A stretch of 64,000 nt of DNA, from contig CAWJJC010000023.1 in NCBI GenBank assembly GCA_963843145.1, forward strand, positions 32,001 through 96,000, read 5' to 3'. The notes beneath the pieces were generated by a model that saw only the letters and a program-made list of their open reading frames with translations, did not search any database and was not told where the DNA came from. The position numbers were made by a program, and so were the translations under genes. Below, in pieces: positions 20,172 through 30,314 of this stretch. Source of the stretch: an uncultured delta proteobacterium (lineage in GTDB: Bacteria > Desulfobacterota > RBG-13-43-22). Position 1 is the first letter of the stretch, and each line of letters starts with the position of its first letter.

Positions 20172-20933
20172 TTATTGCTTCCCGATATACCCGGCTCTTT
20201 CCCGAATGAGCGCGTCGATTTCCTTCCGGTTTTTGATCATGAAATCAAGCATCTGTTTGGAAAGGAAGGCCAACTGAGGAATGTCCCGGGCCTGTATCTC
20301 CTCGATTTTGAACAGGATCTCGTTCCGGTACAGGTAGGCAACGATCGCGTCCTCCGCATCCAGTTGAACCTCGAACCGGTCCCTCAAATACTCCAGCCAG
20401 CGTCCAAACTCCTGGGAATGGTCCAGATGGTCGACCGGAATCCCGCTCTCTAAACTCAACTGTTTGAAGGTCCCCGGCTCGGTTCCCGACCCTTTGAGGT
20501 AATCGAGTACATGGGCGAATTGATGAATCAGCGTGGAATCTTGAATTTGGGGGGTAATGGCCAGATAAAAATGCGTAGGGTCGTTTTCCTTGGTCTTCCG
20601 AGTATTGACCAGAATAGCGGCGCTGCCTTTTAGACCCTCCAGAGGGATTTCCTGACCGGAAACCCCCAAATTCCGGTAAGCCTCCAGGTCGACGCACTTG
20701 ATCCCCATCGAGCTATCCAGAATCCCGTCTTGGACCAAGGCCTCGATCATTGCCCTGGACCGGCCGTAATGGACCTCGGGTAAGCCGCAGATCTTACGGC
20801 CGGCTTCCGGGTCCAAGACTTCCTTTTTCCTTAGGACCAGTTCCCCTTCCCGGCCCATATGGCACTTTTTGAATTTTTTCCCGCTTCCGCAGGGGCAGGG
20901 ATCGTTTCGTCCTGTTTTGGACAAAGGTTCCAC
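20172..20933 (-). CDS. SEC-C motif protein
   Basis: N-terminal GRNDPCPCGSGKKFKKCH. Confidence 0.88.
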   Translation of the reverse strand: MEPLSKTGRNDPCPCGSGKKFKKCHMGREGELVLRKKEVLDPEAGRKICGLPEVHYGRSRAMIEALVQDGILDSSMGIKCVDLEAYRNLGVSGQEIPLEGLKGSAAILVNTRKTKENDPTHFYLAITPQIQDSTLIHQFAHVLDYLKGSGTEPGTFKQLSLESGIPVDHLDHSQEFGRWLEYLRDRFEVQLDAEDAIVAYLYRNEILFKIEEIQARDIPQLAFLSKQMLDFMIKNRKEIDALIRERAGYIGKQ

Positions 20934-20938
20934 TTCGG

Positions 20939-21205
20939 TTAATCCTCAATGATGTCGCACTTCAAGGCATCGTAAGACCATACCGGAAGTGGGCCCGTCT
21001 CGCCATTTTCCGGATTGTACCGGTGGCGGTAAGAGGCCTTGGCCTTCATGGTCTTCATGGTCCAGTCCCAACCCCGGACAAAATAGGGGCATTCGTCATT
21101 AAAACAGATGTACTGAAATTCCGATCCCCAGGTGGAAGCGGCCGGCGTTTTCCACTTCTTCATTTTCTGCCCGCAATGGGGGCATATGGTTTTATCCTCT
21201 TCCAT
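20939..21205 (-). CDS. Small zinc-ribbon protein
   Basis: CPHCG ... CFNDECPY motif. Confidence 0.8.
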   Translation of the reverse strand: MEEDKTICPHCGQKMKKWKTPAASTWGSEFQYICFNDECPYFVRGWDWTMKTMKAKASYRHRYNPENGETGPLPVWSYDALKCDIIED

Positions 21206-21390
21206 CGATTCTCTTTCCTCCCGTATTCAGTTACTCAAGTCTTGATTAAAGTAATCGGCTGAGGCCTTTTTGTCAACTTTCTCCCGATAGTAATGTACCA
21301 TGGGAATGTCCTGGGATGAGGGAAACGTGGCTATGCAGTTTTTTCCAGCCCCCTGGAGGGAACCAAAGGCCGGAAACAAGTCTGATTTTA

Positions 21391-22095
21391 TCAGAACCCC
21401 AGATAGGCCTTGCAGACCTGCTCATCCTGGAGCAGGTCCCGGGCCGGTCCTTCCCTAACGATCTCGCCATTCTCCAAAACATAGGCCCGCTGGGCGAGAT
21501 TGAGGGAATGATGGACATTCTGTTCGACCAGGAGGATAGTGATGCCATCCTGATTAATCTGCCGGAGGATGGCAAAGATGCTGTTGACCAGCAGGGGAGA
21601 AAGGCCCAAAGAGGGTTCATCCAGCATAAGGATCTTGGGGTTGGACATGAGTCCCCGTCCGATGGCCAGCATCTGCTGTTCCCCGCCGGAAAGGGTCCCC
21701 GCGGTCTGGGACTGACGCTCCTCCAATCGGGGGAATAGGGCGTAAATTTTTTTCAGGTTTTCCTTCTTGAATTTTCGGGCTTTCGGGTTCAAGGCCCCCA
21801 GATCCAAATTTTCCAGAACGGTCATAGTCGGGAAGAGTTGCCTCCCTTCCGGGATCTGGATGATCCCCATTTCCACGATAGCCGAGGTCGATCGGTTCTG
21901 GATGGGCTGATCGTTCCAGGTGATGGTACCGCGCTTCGGTCTCAGGATCCCGGAGATGCCGCGGATGGTGGTGGACTTCCCGGCCCCGTTGGAGCCGATG
22001 AGGGTGACGATTTCCCCTTCCCGCACTTCCAACGAGACCTCCCGCAGGGCCTGGAGATCCCCGTAAAACACGTCGATATGCTCAACTCGGAGCAA
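21391..22095 (-). CDS. livF: LIV-type ABC transporter ATP-binding protein
   Basis: GSNGAGKST, LSGGEQQMLAIGR and LDEPSLGL motifs. Confidence 0.93.
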   Translation of the reverse strand: MLRVEHIDVFYGDLQALREVSLEVREGEIVTLIGSNGAGKSTTIRGISGILRPKRGTITWNDQPIQNRSTSAIVEMGIIQIPEGRQLFPTMTVLENLDLGALNPKARKFKKENLKKIYALFPRLEERQSQTAGTLSGGEQQMLAIGRGLMSNPKILMLDEPSLGLSPLLVNSIFAILRQINQDGITILLVEQNVHHSLNLAQRAYVLENGEIVREGPARDLLQDEQVCKAYLGF

Positions 22096-22807
22096 AGCAG
22101 AATTCCTCCCCCAGGTAGGCTTCCACGACCAGTGGGTTCTTGACTACCTCCTCCGGCGCCCCCTCGGCTATCTTCTCCCCGAAATTGAGCACCAGGATGC
22201 GCTGAGACAGGGCCATGACCCCTCGCATCACGTGTTCGATCAACAGGATGGTAACCCCCCCCCGGTTGATCTCCCGAATCAACCCGATCAGGATATCGGT
22301 CTCCGTCGGGTTGATCCCGGCCATTACCTCGTCGAGCATCAGCAGCTTCGGGTCCGTGGCCAAAGCGCGGGCCAACTCCAGCCGCTTCCGGTTGGGCAGG
22401 GTCAGTTCATTGCCCAGGGCCCGGCGCTTATCCTTGAGTCCGACAAACTGGATGACCTGGTCGGCCTTTTTCGTGGCTTCCTTCAAATCCTTCAACCGGT
22501 TAAAAGCGGCCACGATGACATTGTCCAGAACGCTCAGTTCCAGAAAGGGTTTAACGATCTGAAAGGTCCGGACCAGCCCCCGCTGGCAGATCTGGTGAGG
22601 TTTAAGGCCGAGCAGCGGCTGGTTTTGGAAAAAAACCCGGCCGCTGTCCTGTTTGATAAATCCGGTCAGGATATTGAACAGAGTCGTTTTCCCGGCCCCG
22701 TTAGGGCCGATCACCGCCATGATTTCCCCGGACCGGATCTCCAGGGATACATTATCCAGGGCCCTAAGTCCCCCGAAGTTTTTCTCGATGTGGTCAACCG
22801 CCAGCAT
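22082..22807 (-). CDS. livG: LIV-type ABC transporter ATP-binding protein
   Basis: GPNGAGKTT, RTFQ, LDE and AYLG motifs. Start reassigned to MLAVDH. Confidence 0.92.
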   Translation of the reverse strand: MLAVDHIEKNFGGLRALDNVSLEIRSGEIMAVIGPNGAGKTTLFNILTGFIKQDSGRVFFQNQPLLGLKPHQICQRGLVRTFQIVKPFLELSVLDNVIVAAFNRLKDLKEATKKADQVIQFVGLKDKRRALGNELTLPNRKRLELARALATDPKLLMLDEVMAGINPTETDILIGLIREINRGGVTILLIEHVMRGVMALSQRILVLNFGEKIAEGAPEEVVKNPLVVEAYLGEEFCFAPS

Positions 22808-22812
22808 ACCGG

Positions 22813-23781
22813 TTAATCTTTTTCCTTGATGAAGAAGGGTCTTAACTTTCGGTTCAATAGGGGCATGATCCCCCGGGGAAAGAAAAACACGGCGAAGATC
22901 AACACAAAACCGTAAATGACCATGTGCAGCCCTGGACGCCCTATCTCGCTCAAGTACGCCCGGGTCCATTCGGCGGGCAGGGTGATCAGAAAAGAGCCCA
23001 CGATGGGCCCCAAAACGGTTCCCATTCCGCCGATGATCGGCCGGAGAATAATCTCGATGGACATGCCCATGCTCATCACCCGATCCGGGCTCAGGTGAAA
23101 GATCCGGTTGGCATCGAAGGTCCCGGCCAGGGCCGTCATGAAAGCGCTCAGGGAAATGGCCAGCATTTTATATTTGAAGGTATTGACGCCCAGGCTCTCC
23201 GCCGCGTCCTCGTCTTCCCGGATGGCCACCAGATAGCGTCCGGCCTTGGAAAGCTCCAGTATCCGCACCACCATAACCGAAAAAAGCAGTAACCCTAAAG
23301 AAACATAATAATAGGGGAGATTGCCCCGGAACTGCATGTTCCAAAAACCGGGATGGAAATCGATAAACAATCCCATAAACGAACCGAGACTGTCCATTTG
23401 CAGGGCGATCAGTCGCCCGATTTCAGCAAAAGCAATAGTAATCAGTACGAAATAGACCCCCCGTAGACCAAACCTAAACCCCAGGAAACCGACAATGAGT
23501 CCGACCACCGTGGCCAGCAGACCTCCGGCAAACATCCCGACCCAGGGGGTCAATCCGAAGACCATGACCAGACGCGTCGAGGTGTAGGCCCCGATCCCCA
23601 GGTACAGGGAATGGCCCAGGGATATGTTGCCGGTATAACCGGTCAGAATATTCCAACACTGACCCAGGTAAGCATAATAAAAAATAAGGATGAAGATTTC
23701 CATCCAGTAGTTGTTTAGAACTCCAGGAAGCAGGAGGAGCACGGCCAGGCAGAGCGCCAGGAAGACATAGAGGCGTTTCAT
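22813..23781 (-). CDS. livM: LIV-type ABC transporter permease
   Basis: GYTGNISLGH, AIREDEDAA and GGMGT motifs. Confidence 0.92.
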   Translation of the reverse strand: MKRLYVFLALCLAVLLLLPGVLNNYWMEIFILIFYYAYLGQCWNILTGYTGNISLGHSLYLGIGAYTSTRLVMVFGLTPWVGMFAGGLLATVVGLIVGFLGFRFGLRGVYFVLITIAFAEIGRLIALQMDSLGSFMGLFIDFHPGFWNMQFRGNLPYYYVSLGLLLFSVMVVRILELSKAGRYLVAIREDEDAAESLGVNTFKYKMLAISLSAFMTALAGTFDANRIFHLSPDRVMSMGMSIEIILRPIIGGMGTVLGPIVGSFLITLPAEWTRAYLSEIGRPGLHMVIYGFVLIFAVFFFPRGIMPLLNRKLRPFFIKEKD

Positions 23782-24650
23782 CAGGACTTGCCCCCGAAAA
23801 GGCCCTGAGGCCGAAAAAGCAGGATCACCACCATGATGGTGAAGCTGACCACCTGCTTCATGGAACTGGGCAGGAAGACCGTCCCCAGAGATTCGGCCAC
23901 GCCGATGATCAGACCGCCCACCAGGGCGCCGGCCAGACTGCCCATCCCCCCCAGGATGACGATGACAAAAGAGACCATGGTATAGGGGGCCCCCATGGTG
24001 GCCTTGGCCGGCATCAAGGGCACCAACAGCGCTCCGGCGGCACCCACACAGGCCGCTCCGATCCCGAAGCAGATGCCGTAAAGGCGGTTGATATGGGTCC
24101 CGATGATCAGGGCGCCGAGGCGGTTGTCGGCCGCGGCCCGGATGGCTTTGCCGATAGTGGTTTTCTTGAGGAATACCAGGACAATGAAGGTGATGACGAT
24201 GGACAGGACAAAGGCGATCAAGCGGGGCACGTCCACGGTCAGCGGTCCCAGCCGGAAGGAGGCCAGGGCCAGGCTGGTCTTGGGGCTGATGTCGCTGCCC
24301 CCCCAGATCATCAGGGTGCCGTTTTCAAAAATGATGGCCAGCCCGACCAGCACCAGCACCTGCATGGCCTCGGGCAAATCCAAAATACGATTGACGAAGA
24401 TCAGTTGGACCAGATAGCCGACCCCAAACATCAGCCCGGCCACGATCGGCAGGGACAGATAAGGGTCGATGCCCCAGCCCAGCAACAGCGTGATGGACAG
24501 GAACATGGCAAAGACCATCATCTCGCCGTGGGCGAAGTTGATGACCTTCATGACCCCGAAGATCAGGGAGAGGCCTAGAGCGATCAGGCTGTAGACCCCC
24601 CCCATCAAAAAACCCTGCAAGGCCAACTGCAGGACCAGCGTCCAGTCCAT
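23781..24650 (-). CDS. livH: LIV-type ABC transporter permease
   Basis: LIALGLSLIFGV..VINFAHG, GGMGS and RPQGLFG motifs. Confidence 0.92.
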   Translation of the reverse strand: MDWTLVLQLALQGFLMGGVYSLIALGLSLIFGVMKVINFAHGEMMVFAMFLSITLLLGWGIDPYLSLPIVAGLMFGVGYLVQLIFVNRILDLPEAMQVLVLVGLAIIFENGTLMIWGGSDISPKTSLALASFRLGPLTVDVPRLIAFVLSIVITFIVLVFLKKTTIGKAIRAAADNRLGALIIGTHINRLYGICFGIGAACVGAAGALLVPLMPAKATMGAPYTMVSFVIVILGGMGSLAGALVGGLIIGVAESLGTVFLPSSMKQVVSFTIMVVILLFRPQGLFGGKS

Positions 24651-24653
24651 GAA

Positions 24654-25937
24654 CTACCCTCGATCCCAGAGCTGCTTCCAGGGAAAAACGTAGGGCGCCT
24701 CGGCCGAATCTTTGGGCAGGACCACCTTGACCCGGTCGTCCACCTTGGGGTCCGGAAGGACCTGCACCATGGCCGCCGTGGCGTTGATGTTGTCGCCCTT
24801 CTCGTCAAAAACCACCGGGCCCCCGACCATGGGATGGTCTTTGAAATTCGTCTTGCGCAAGGCCTCCCGCAGAGCCGCCGGGTCCGTCGACTTAGCCCGC
24901 TCCAGGGCGTCGGCGATCACCATGACCCCGGTGTAGGCATACCCGGAGTTGGTATCCAGATATTTTCCGGGATATTGTTTTTCAAACTTCTTGTTCATTT
25001 CTCTATAAACGGGGCTCTTGGGATTGACCCAGGGCACGTTATCCATGACGTAATAGGCCAGTTTGTCCATATCGCGGATGAATTCCGGTTCGTACCATCC
25101 CGGGCTTCCCGGGCTGATGATCCCCACGAGTTCCACTCGCTGCTTGTACAATTCCCGGATCAGAAGTTTGGCATCGCCGGGACGGGATACGGGACACAAT
25201 AATTCCGGTTTGGCCGCCTTGAGTTTGGCCACCTCGGCCGAGAGATCTTTGACCCCCAGCGGGTATTCGATGTGCTCGACGATTTCAAAGGGAAGCTTGT
25301 GGTCCTTGACATACTTAATGAACGCGGCCCCCTGTCCTCGCCCGAAGGCGTCTCCGGCGTTGGCCACGGCGATCCGCTTGATGGTCACTCTCTTTTCCTT
25401 GAGGATCTGATCCAGATAGATCCCCATGCTTTTCATGAAATACTCGACCTTGGGGAAGCAGCGAAACACGTTCTTATAGCCCTTGGCGGTAATGGCATCC
25501 AGGGCGGCCACGTCGATGACAAAAGGGATATTCCGCTGTTCGGACAGAGTGGCAATGGCCATGGCCACGCCGCTTAAAAAGGGACCCACCAGGCAGACGG
25601 CCCCTTCTTTGATCTGCCGCTCGGCCACGGTCCGGCCCACCTCCTCCTTGGCTTCGTTGTCCCCCAGCAGGAGTTTCAGCTTGGCCCCGCCCAGGGACTT
25701 GATGCCGCCCCGGGCGTTGACTTCATCCGCAGCCAGCTTGTTGCCCCGTTGCATGGCAATGCCGATATCTGGAAGCGGTCCGGTAATCGGCTGAATGGAA
25801 CCGATGGTGATTTCCTTCGGCTGGCTCCGGACGATGGCCGGAAAACCAGTGATGGCCGTGACCGCGCCGACGGCTGCTGAAGTCTTCAGAAATGTCCTCC
25901 GGTCAATACCTTGGGGCTTACCTTGCTTCTCTTTCAT
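24654..25937 (-). CDS. LIV-type ABC substrate-binding protein with a Tat signal
   Basis: IDRRTFLK twin-arginine signal and type 1 periplasmic binding protein features. Confidence 0.92.
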   Translation of the reverse strand: MKEKQGKPQGIDRRTFLKTSAAVGAVTAITGFPAIVRSQPKEITIGSIQPITGPLPDIGIAMQRGNKLAADEVNARGGIKSLGGAKLKLLLGDNEAKEEVGRTVAERQIKEGAVCLVGPFLSGVAMAIATLSEQRNIPFVIDVAALDAITAKGYKNVFRCFPKVEYFMKSMGIYLDQILKEKRVTIKRIAVANAGDAFGRGQGAAFIKYVKDHKLPFEIVEHIEYPLGVKDLSAEVAKLKAAKPELLCPVSRPGDAKLLIRELYKQRVELVGIISPGSPGWYEPEFIRDMDKLAYYVMDNVPWVNPKSPVYREMNKKFEKQYPGKYLDTNSGYAYTGVMVIADALERAKSTDPAALREALRKTNFKDHPMVGGPVVFDEKGDNINATAAMVQVLPDPKVDDRVKVVLPKDSAEAPYVFPWKQLWDRG

Positions 25938-26101
25938 GGTTTCCTCCTTTTACCAACAGGGTTAATAAGAACTAAATCGAATTCAACTTATTATCGTTTC
26001 AATCTTTTTGCTTCACGTCAAGTGGTATTTTTATCACAAACCGATGACTTTTTTCAATAGTTTTTGAAAGGTTAGGCCCTAACCCGAAAAACAAATGTTT
26101 T

Positions 26102-27403
26102 TTAAAGGGCTTCGATCTCCGGCAGAATCACCCCTCCTGAGGGAATCACGTGGACTTCAGGTGAAGGGCAGTAGCGGGCGCTAATGGCTATAGCCTGGTC
26201 CAGGTCCTCGGCATACACATACCCCATGCGTTCCACCGTCGTCCGGGGGATGTCTCCGGAGACCAGGACAATCTTGAATTGGTGCTGCGCCGCCAGAGCG
26301 AAAGCCAAAGCCATATTGTAGTCCACGGCCCCGCCCTCCATGATCAAACGCCTTTCCGAAAAATGGGCCAGGACTCCCCCGAACAAGTCCCCGGCCTGCC
26401 GGGACCGGAACCTTTCAAAGCTGGCGATAAAGGGCTCCGGCAAATTCCCCGAGCAGTCCGCGGCCAAAATGATGCAGCCCCCCGGTTTGGTTACCAGGGA
26501 AGCCGGTACCAGGGGTTTGACGATTTGGGGCCCTTCCCGGTAGGGGAAGGAGGTGGTCACGGTGAGGTCGGCCCGTTTGGGGAAACGCCGGGTAGTCAGG
26601 GCCCGGCAAATCCGGGCGCCGGCCCGATGGGCCTCGATCGGATCTCCGGCCACTAGATCGGCCAGGGCATCCTTTTGGTCCAGGACCCCGTTGACCACAA
26701 AATGCAAAGGCACCGACCGGGCCAGGGCGCAGACTTCCTCATAAAAAGGGTTCCCGTCTAATTTTCCCAGACCGGTGCCGGATTGAAAGGTATAATGGAA
26801 ATGATGCTCGGTAATGGCTTCCAGATCGGCCACTCCGGGAAAGAGGATCTTCCCGCCTCCGCCGAAACCGTTCATGGGATGGGGGAAGATAGACCCTATT
26901 CCGAGGCGGAAGGTGGCCTCCATGACGCGGCGGTTGATCTTGACCCCATGTCCGGTTTTCAGTCGGGCGGCCGGCACCAGATCGGCGGCCCGGCAGTCGT
27001 GGTTCACGAACTCGTACCGGTCGACCAGTTCCTGCCCGAAGGCCCCTTCAATTTCCTCCTGTTCCAAGCCCCGGTGGGTGCCCAGAGAAAATATGATCAC
27101 GATTTGCCGGTCCGGGATCCTTTTTTTCCCCAGGAGTTCCAGGATCGCTTCCAGGATGATTTTCTTGGGAGAGGGCCGGGTCAGGTCTTCGATGAGCACT
27201 GCCACCCGGTCCTTTTCGGTAACCAATTCCGATAACGGGGGGGCGCCGATAGGGCTTTGCAGGACCGACCGGGTTTTATCCCGGATATTGTCCACTCCCG
27301 GGGAATCCTCAAAATCCGCGAAAGATAATATTTTCCAGGCCGAGGGGACCGTCAGGGGTGTCTTCCGGTTCTGGTATTGGAGAAAAAGATCCTTCATCAT
27401 CAC
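26102..27403 (-). CDS. LarA-family nickel-pincer racemase/epimerase homolog
   Basis: PIGAPPL, EDLTRP, LGTHR, NHD, FPHPMNGFGGGGK..PG motifs. Confidence 0.88.
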   Translation of the reverse strand: MMMKDLFLQYQNRKTPLTVPSAWKILSFADFEDSPGVDNIRDKTRSVLQSPIGAPPLSELVTEKDRVAVLIEDLTRPSPKKIILEAILELLGKKRIPDRQIVIIFSLGTHRGLEQEEIEGAFGQELVDRYEFVNHDCRAADLVPAARLKTGHGVKINRRVMEATFRLGIGSIFPHPMNGFGGGGKILFPGVADLEAITEHHFHYTFQSGTGLGKLDGNPFYEEVCALARSVPLHFVVNGVLDQKDALADLVAGDPIEAHRAGARICRALTTRRFPKRADLTVTTSFPYREGPQIVKPLVPASLVTKPGGCIILAADCSGNLPEPFIASFERFRSRQAGDLFGGVLAHFSERRLIMEGGAVDYNMALAFALAAQHQFKIVLVSGDIPRTTVERMGYVYAEDLDQAIAISARYCPSPEVHVIPSGGVILPEIEAL

Positions 27404-27472
27404 CTCACAAAACGTTTAACCAAAAATAAATGAATATTTGGTTTAAATTCTCAGGTAAACATATGCAAAAAT

Positions 27473-28219
27473 CTAAAAACGACTTTTTGCCCGCTTCAAG
27501 CAGGACTTAATTTCCTCTCCCTTTAGGCGAAAGGCCTGCTTCACCAGGGAGTAAAGCGGTCCCCGAATTTGACTCAACTTCGGCAGAGGCTTGAATTCTG
27601 AAAACCCCAAACCTGAAGGATCCAGGGATGGCAACATCAGTTTCTTTTCCAGCTCCGGTACGGCCCGGGGATCGGTGTTTTCTCCCAGGACCCCTTTCAA
27701 TTCACCGCTGCCCTCTATCGCCTTAATAAAAGCTAGAATCTCCTGAAGGCTGTAGGAGAGTGAAAATTTGGCCAAATCCTCATTAAAGAGCCGGACCCTT
27801 TTCTCCAAAGCCAGGACTTTTTCCAGGAGCGTTTGACTTCGCCCCCAGGCCAGGTCATACATTTGGGTGATCAGGGCCTGGTATTTGGCCTTAGAAGTTA
27901 AAGCAAACGGCAGTGCACAGATTGCCACGGCTTCCGAAAATGTACGCTCCGGAGGGTCCGGGACCGTGAGGAGCGGTCTCTCCCGTCCGAGGAGAGCGAA
28001 GAAGGAATTCATCGTTTCCGGATCCAGCAACAGGTCCCCAATCAAGGCCAGCGGGACCTGCACCTCCTGAGCCCATCTCTTTTGGATCTCTTTCGCCCGG
28101 CTGATCAGATCCTCCCGCTCCTCCTCCAATTCCCGACGGGTCCCGAAATAATTTTCGGCGATCTCCTTTTTGACCTGATAGGCCAGGGCCGCCGCGATGT
28201 CACCGACCTGTGTTGCCAA
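27473..28219 (-). CDS. Hypothetical helical protein
   Basis: 248-aa ORF with SD AAGGA and coiled-coil character. Confidence 0.75.
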   Translation of the reverse strand: MATQVGDIAAALAYQVKKEIAENYFGTRRELEEEREDLISRAKEIQKRWAQEVQVPLALIGDLLLDPETMNSFFALLGRERPLLTVPDPPERTFSEAVAICALPFALTSKAKYQALITQMYDLAWGRSQTLLEKVLALEKRVRLFNEDLAKFSLSYSLQEILAFIKAIEGSGELKGVLGENTDPRAVPELEKKLMLPSLDPSGLGFSEFKPLPKLSQIRGPLYSLVKQAFRLKGEEIKSCLKRAKSRF

Positions 28220-28245
28220 GAGATTCCTTCTTTATTTTATTGACC

Positions 28246-28556
28246 CTTCGCCCTTTTGAGCGGGTCCCCCCCAGATCTGGTACGGCCTTCCGGTCTCGGC
28301 GAAAGGGTTTTCCACCTTGCTTTATAGATTCTAACCCGGCCCCTGTGTTTCTAAATCTTCACGGAGGCAGGGCCAGCCTGGAAACCATCTAAAGCCTCTA
28401 GGTTTGGGCCTGGTTCAAATAAAATTAGGTGCTTAGGCCCGGATTCGAAGTCCGGAGTATCTTTGGAAAACCCTTTCGCCGAGACCGGAAGCCCACCAAG
28501 GCCCGATTTCAGTTTAATCTACCAGATCTTTTGGCCACCCACCCAAAAGGGCGAAG
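28246..28556 (+). mobile_element. Inverted-repeat element family, copy 2 (MITE/REP-like, longest copy)
   Basis: Terminal repeats CTTCGCCCTTTTGAGCGGGT / ACCCACCCAAAAGGGCGAAG. Internal perfect 28-bp inverted repeat at 28287-28314 / 28464-28491. Confidence 0.75.
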
Positions 28557-28595
28557 AACCATTTTACCCCAGTATTTTTTTCCAACAAGCGCCAA

Positions 28596-29598
28596 CTAAA
28601 TCCTGTTGTCCTGGATGGACCGCAAAGACAACCCTTCCTGCCAGAGTAGAAAAATACCCAGCAACGTGATGGGGATGAAATAAGCGAGCCAAAGGATAAT
28701 TGAAAAGGTCTTTGCCAGGTTGGGCTCGATCCCAAAAAAAGCCAGAGCGGCGGCACAGGCCCAATGAAAGGTCCCGATATACCCCGGGGCCGAGGGAATA
28801 CTCACCCCGAAAATCAATATGATCTCCACAAAAATAGCCTGCAGCAGGGTTAAATGAAGGCCGAACCCAAAAAAAAGCAAGTAAACGCCAAGACTTGAGA
28901 CAATCCACAAAAGCAGCGAATACCCTTTGATAATTAAAATGTCCTGTCCCCGCCGCAGGATCTCCAGACCGAACACGAAAGAGTTGATGATTTCCAGGAT
29001 CCGGTTGGATAACCGGGCGGGAAAAGGTTTAAGCACCTGCCCGATCAGTCGATTCAAGCGATGGTTATGAAAACGCAGCAAAACCAGAATGACCAAAACC
29101 AGGAAGTAAAACAGAAAACTGAACCAACCAATCATCTTTAATCCGGGTCGGCGTTAAAAACGATGTCGAGGTCTCCGGAAAAGGCATGAAAAGAAGCACT
29201 CCTAAGAACAAAAGCAATACGGAAAAACCGTCAAAGAGCCTCTCAACCACCAGTGTCGCCAAGCAAGCGGTTTTGCTTATTTTTTCCCGATCCCCGAGAA
29301 TAAAGGCCCGGACCAATTCCCCGATACGGGCCGGGAGGATATTGTTGGCCATAAATCCGATCGCCGTGGCCTTGAACAATTCGAGAAGTCCGACGCTCTT
29401 GATCGGGCTTAACAAATAGCGCCAGCGAACGGCCCGAATCCAGAGGCAGAACAGGTTGATCAGCATAATCGGAATAGTATAAAAATAGTTGACGCTTTGA
29501 AAGGCAATCCATATTTCCCGGATATCGACATTTCTAAAGAAAAAGAAGGCAAACAGGATCGAAACGGCGAAACCAAACCAATATTTCTTTTTGGTCAT
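28596..29598 (-). CDS. Lysylphosphatidylglycerol synthase TM / UPF0104 flippase-like membrane protein, frameshifted near 29138
   Basis: RAVRW, NNILPARIGELVR and ERLFD in the N-terminal ORF; PSAPGYIG in the C-terminal ORF. Confidence 0.85.
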
Positions 29599-30314
29599 TT
29601 ACCCTTCTTCCCGCGGGAAAACCGAAGGGCCAGCACCGCCCGGGTATAATTGATCAGTTGTTTTCTGAACTGGGTTTTACTTTCTCCCCCCAAGCGAAAT
29701 TCATAGACCACCGGGACTTCCCGGAGGACAAAGCCCTCCTGCAGGGCATGATAAATCAAGCGAATAGCATAATCGCCATAGCCAAAATAGATAGGTTTAT
29801 CCATCAGCCGTAAAAAAAGAGTTCTTTTGCCCACCAGGAAGCCGCTGAGGTTATCTTTGATCGGGGATCCCAAACCCCAGCGAATAAAAACGTTAAAGAA
29901 CCAACTTCCCCAGTACCGTAACCGGGACGTTTTCATACCCCCGCCCGGCAAATATCGGGAGCCGATGACCAGGTCAGCACCGTTCGTCTTCCTGATCATC
30001 TCGGGGAGGTAACGGGGATGATGGTTAAAATCCGTGTCCATCACTCCGATCAGTTCCGACTCGGCCATAGAAATCCCTCTAGCGATAGCCGTGGCCAATC
30101 CCCGCTCTTTATCTCGAACGATCAGGCGGACGGCCTCCGAACCCCCAAAAGCCTCTCGAACCGCCTCGGCGGTCCCATCCGGGCTGTTATCATCTACCAC
30201 GATGACCTGGACCTTCAAGGGCGGGACCGCCAAGGCTTCCAATATAGCCTGAATCAGGGCGACAATATTGGTCCGTTCATTATAGGTGGGCAGGACGATA
30301 GAGATATCGATGAT
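29595..30314 (-). CDS. GT2 polyprenol-phosphate glycosyltransferase (DPM1-like)
   Basis: ISIVLPTYNE (in frame, upstream of the ORF-track start), VVDDNSPDGT, MDTD and GSRY motifs. Confidence 0.88.
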   Translation of the reverse strand: MIDISIVLPTYNERTNIVALIQAILEALAVPPLKVQVIVVDDNSPDGTAEAVREAFGGSEAVRLIVRDKERGLATAIARGISMAESELIGVMDTDFNHHPRYLPEMIRKTNGADLVIGSRYLPGGGMKTSRLRYWGSWFFNVFIRWGLGSPIKDNLSGFLVGKRTLFLRLMDKPIYFGYGDYAIRLIYHALQEGFVLREVPVVYEFRLGGESKTQFRKQLINYTRAVLALRFSRGKKGK

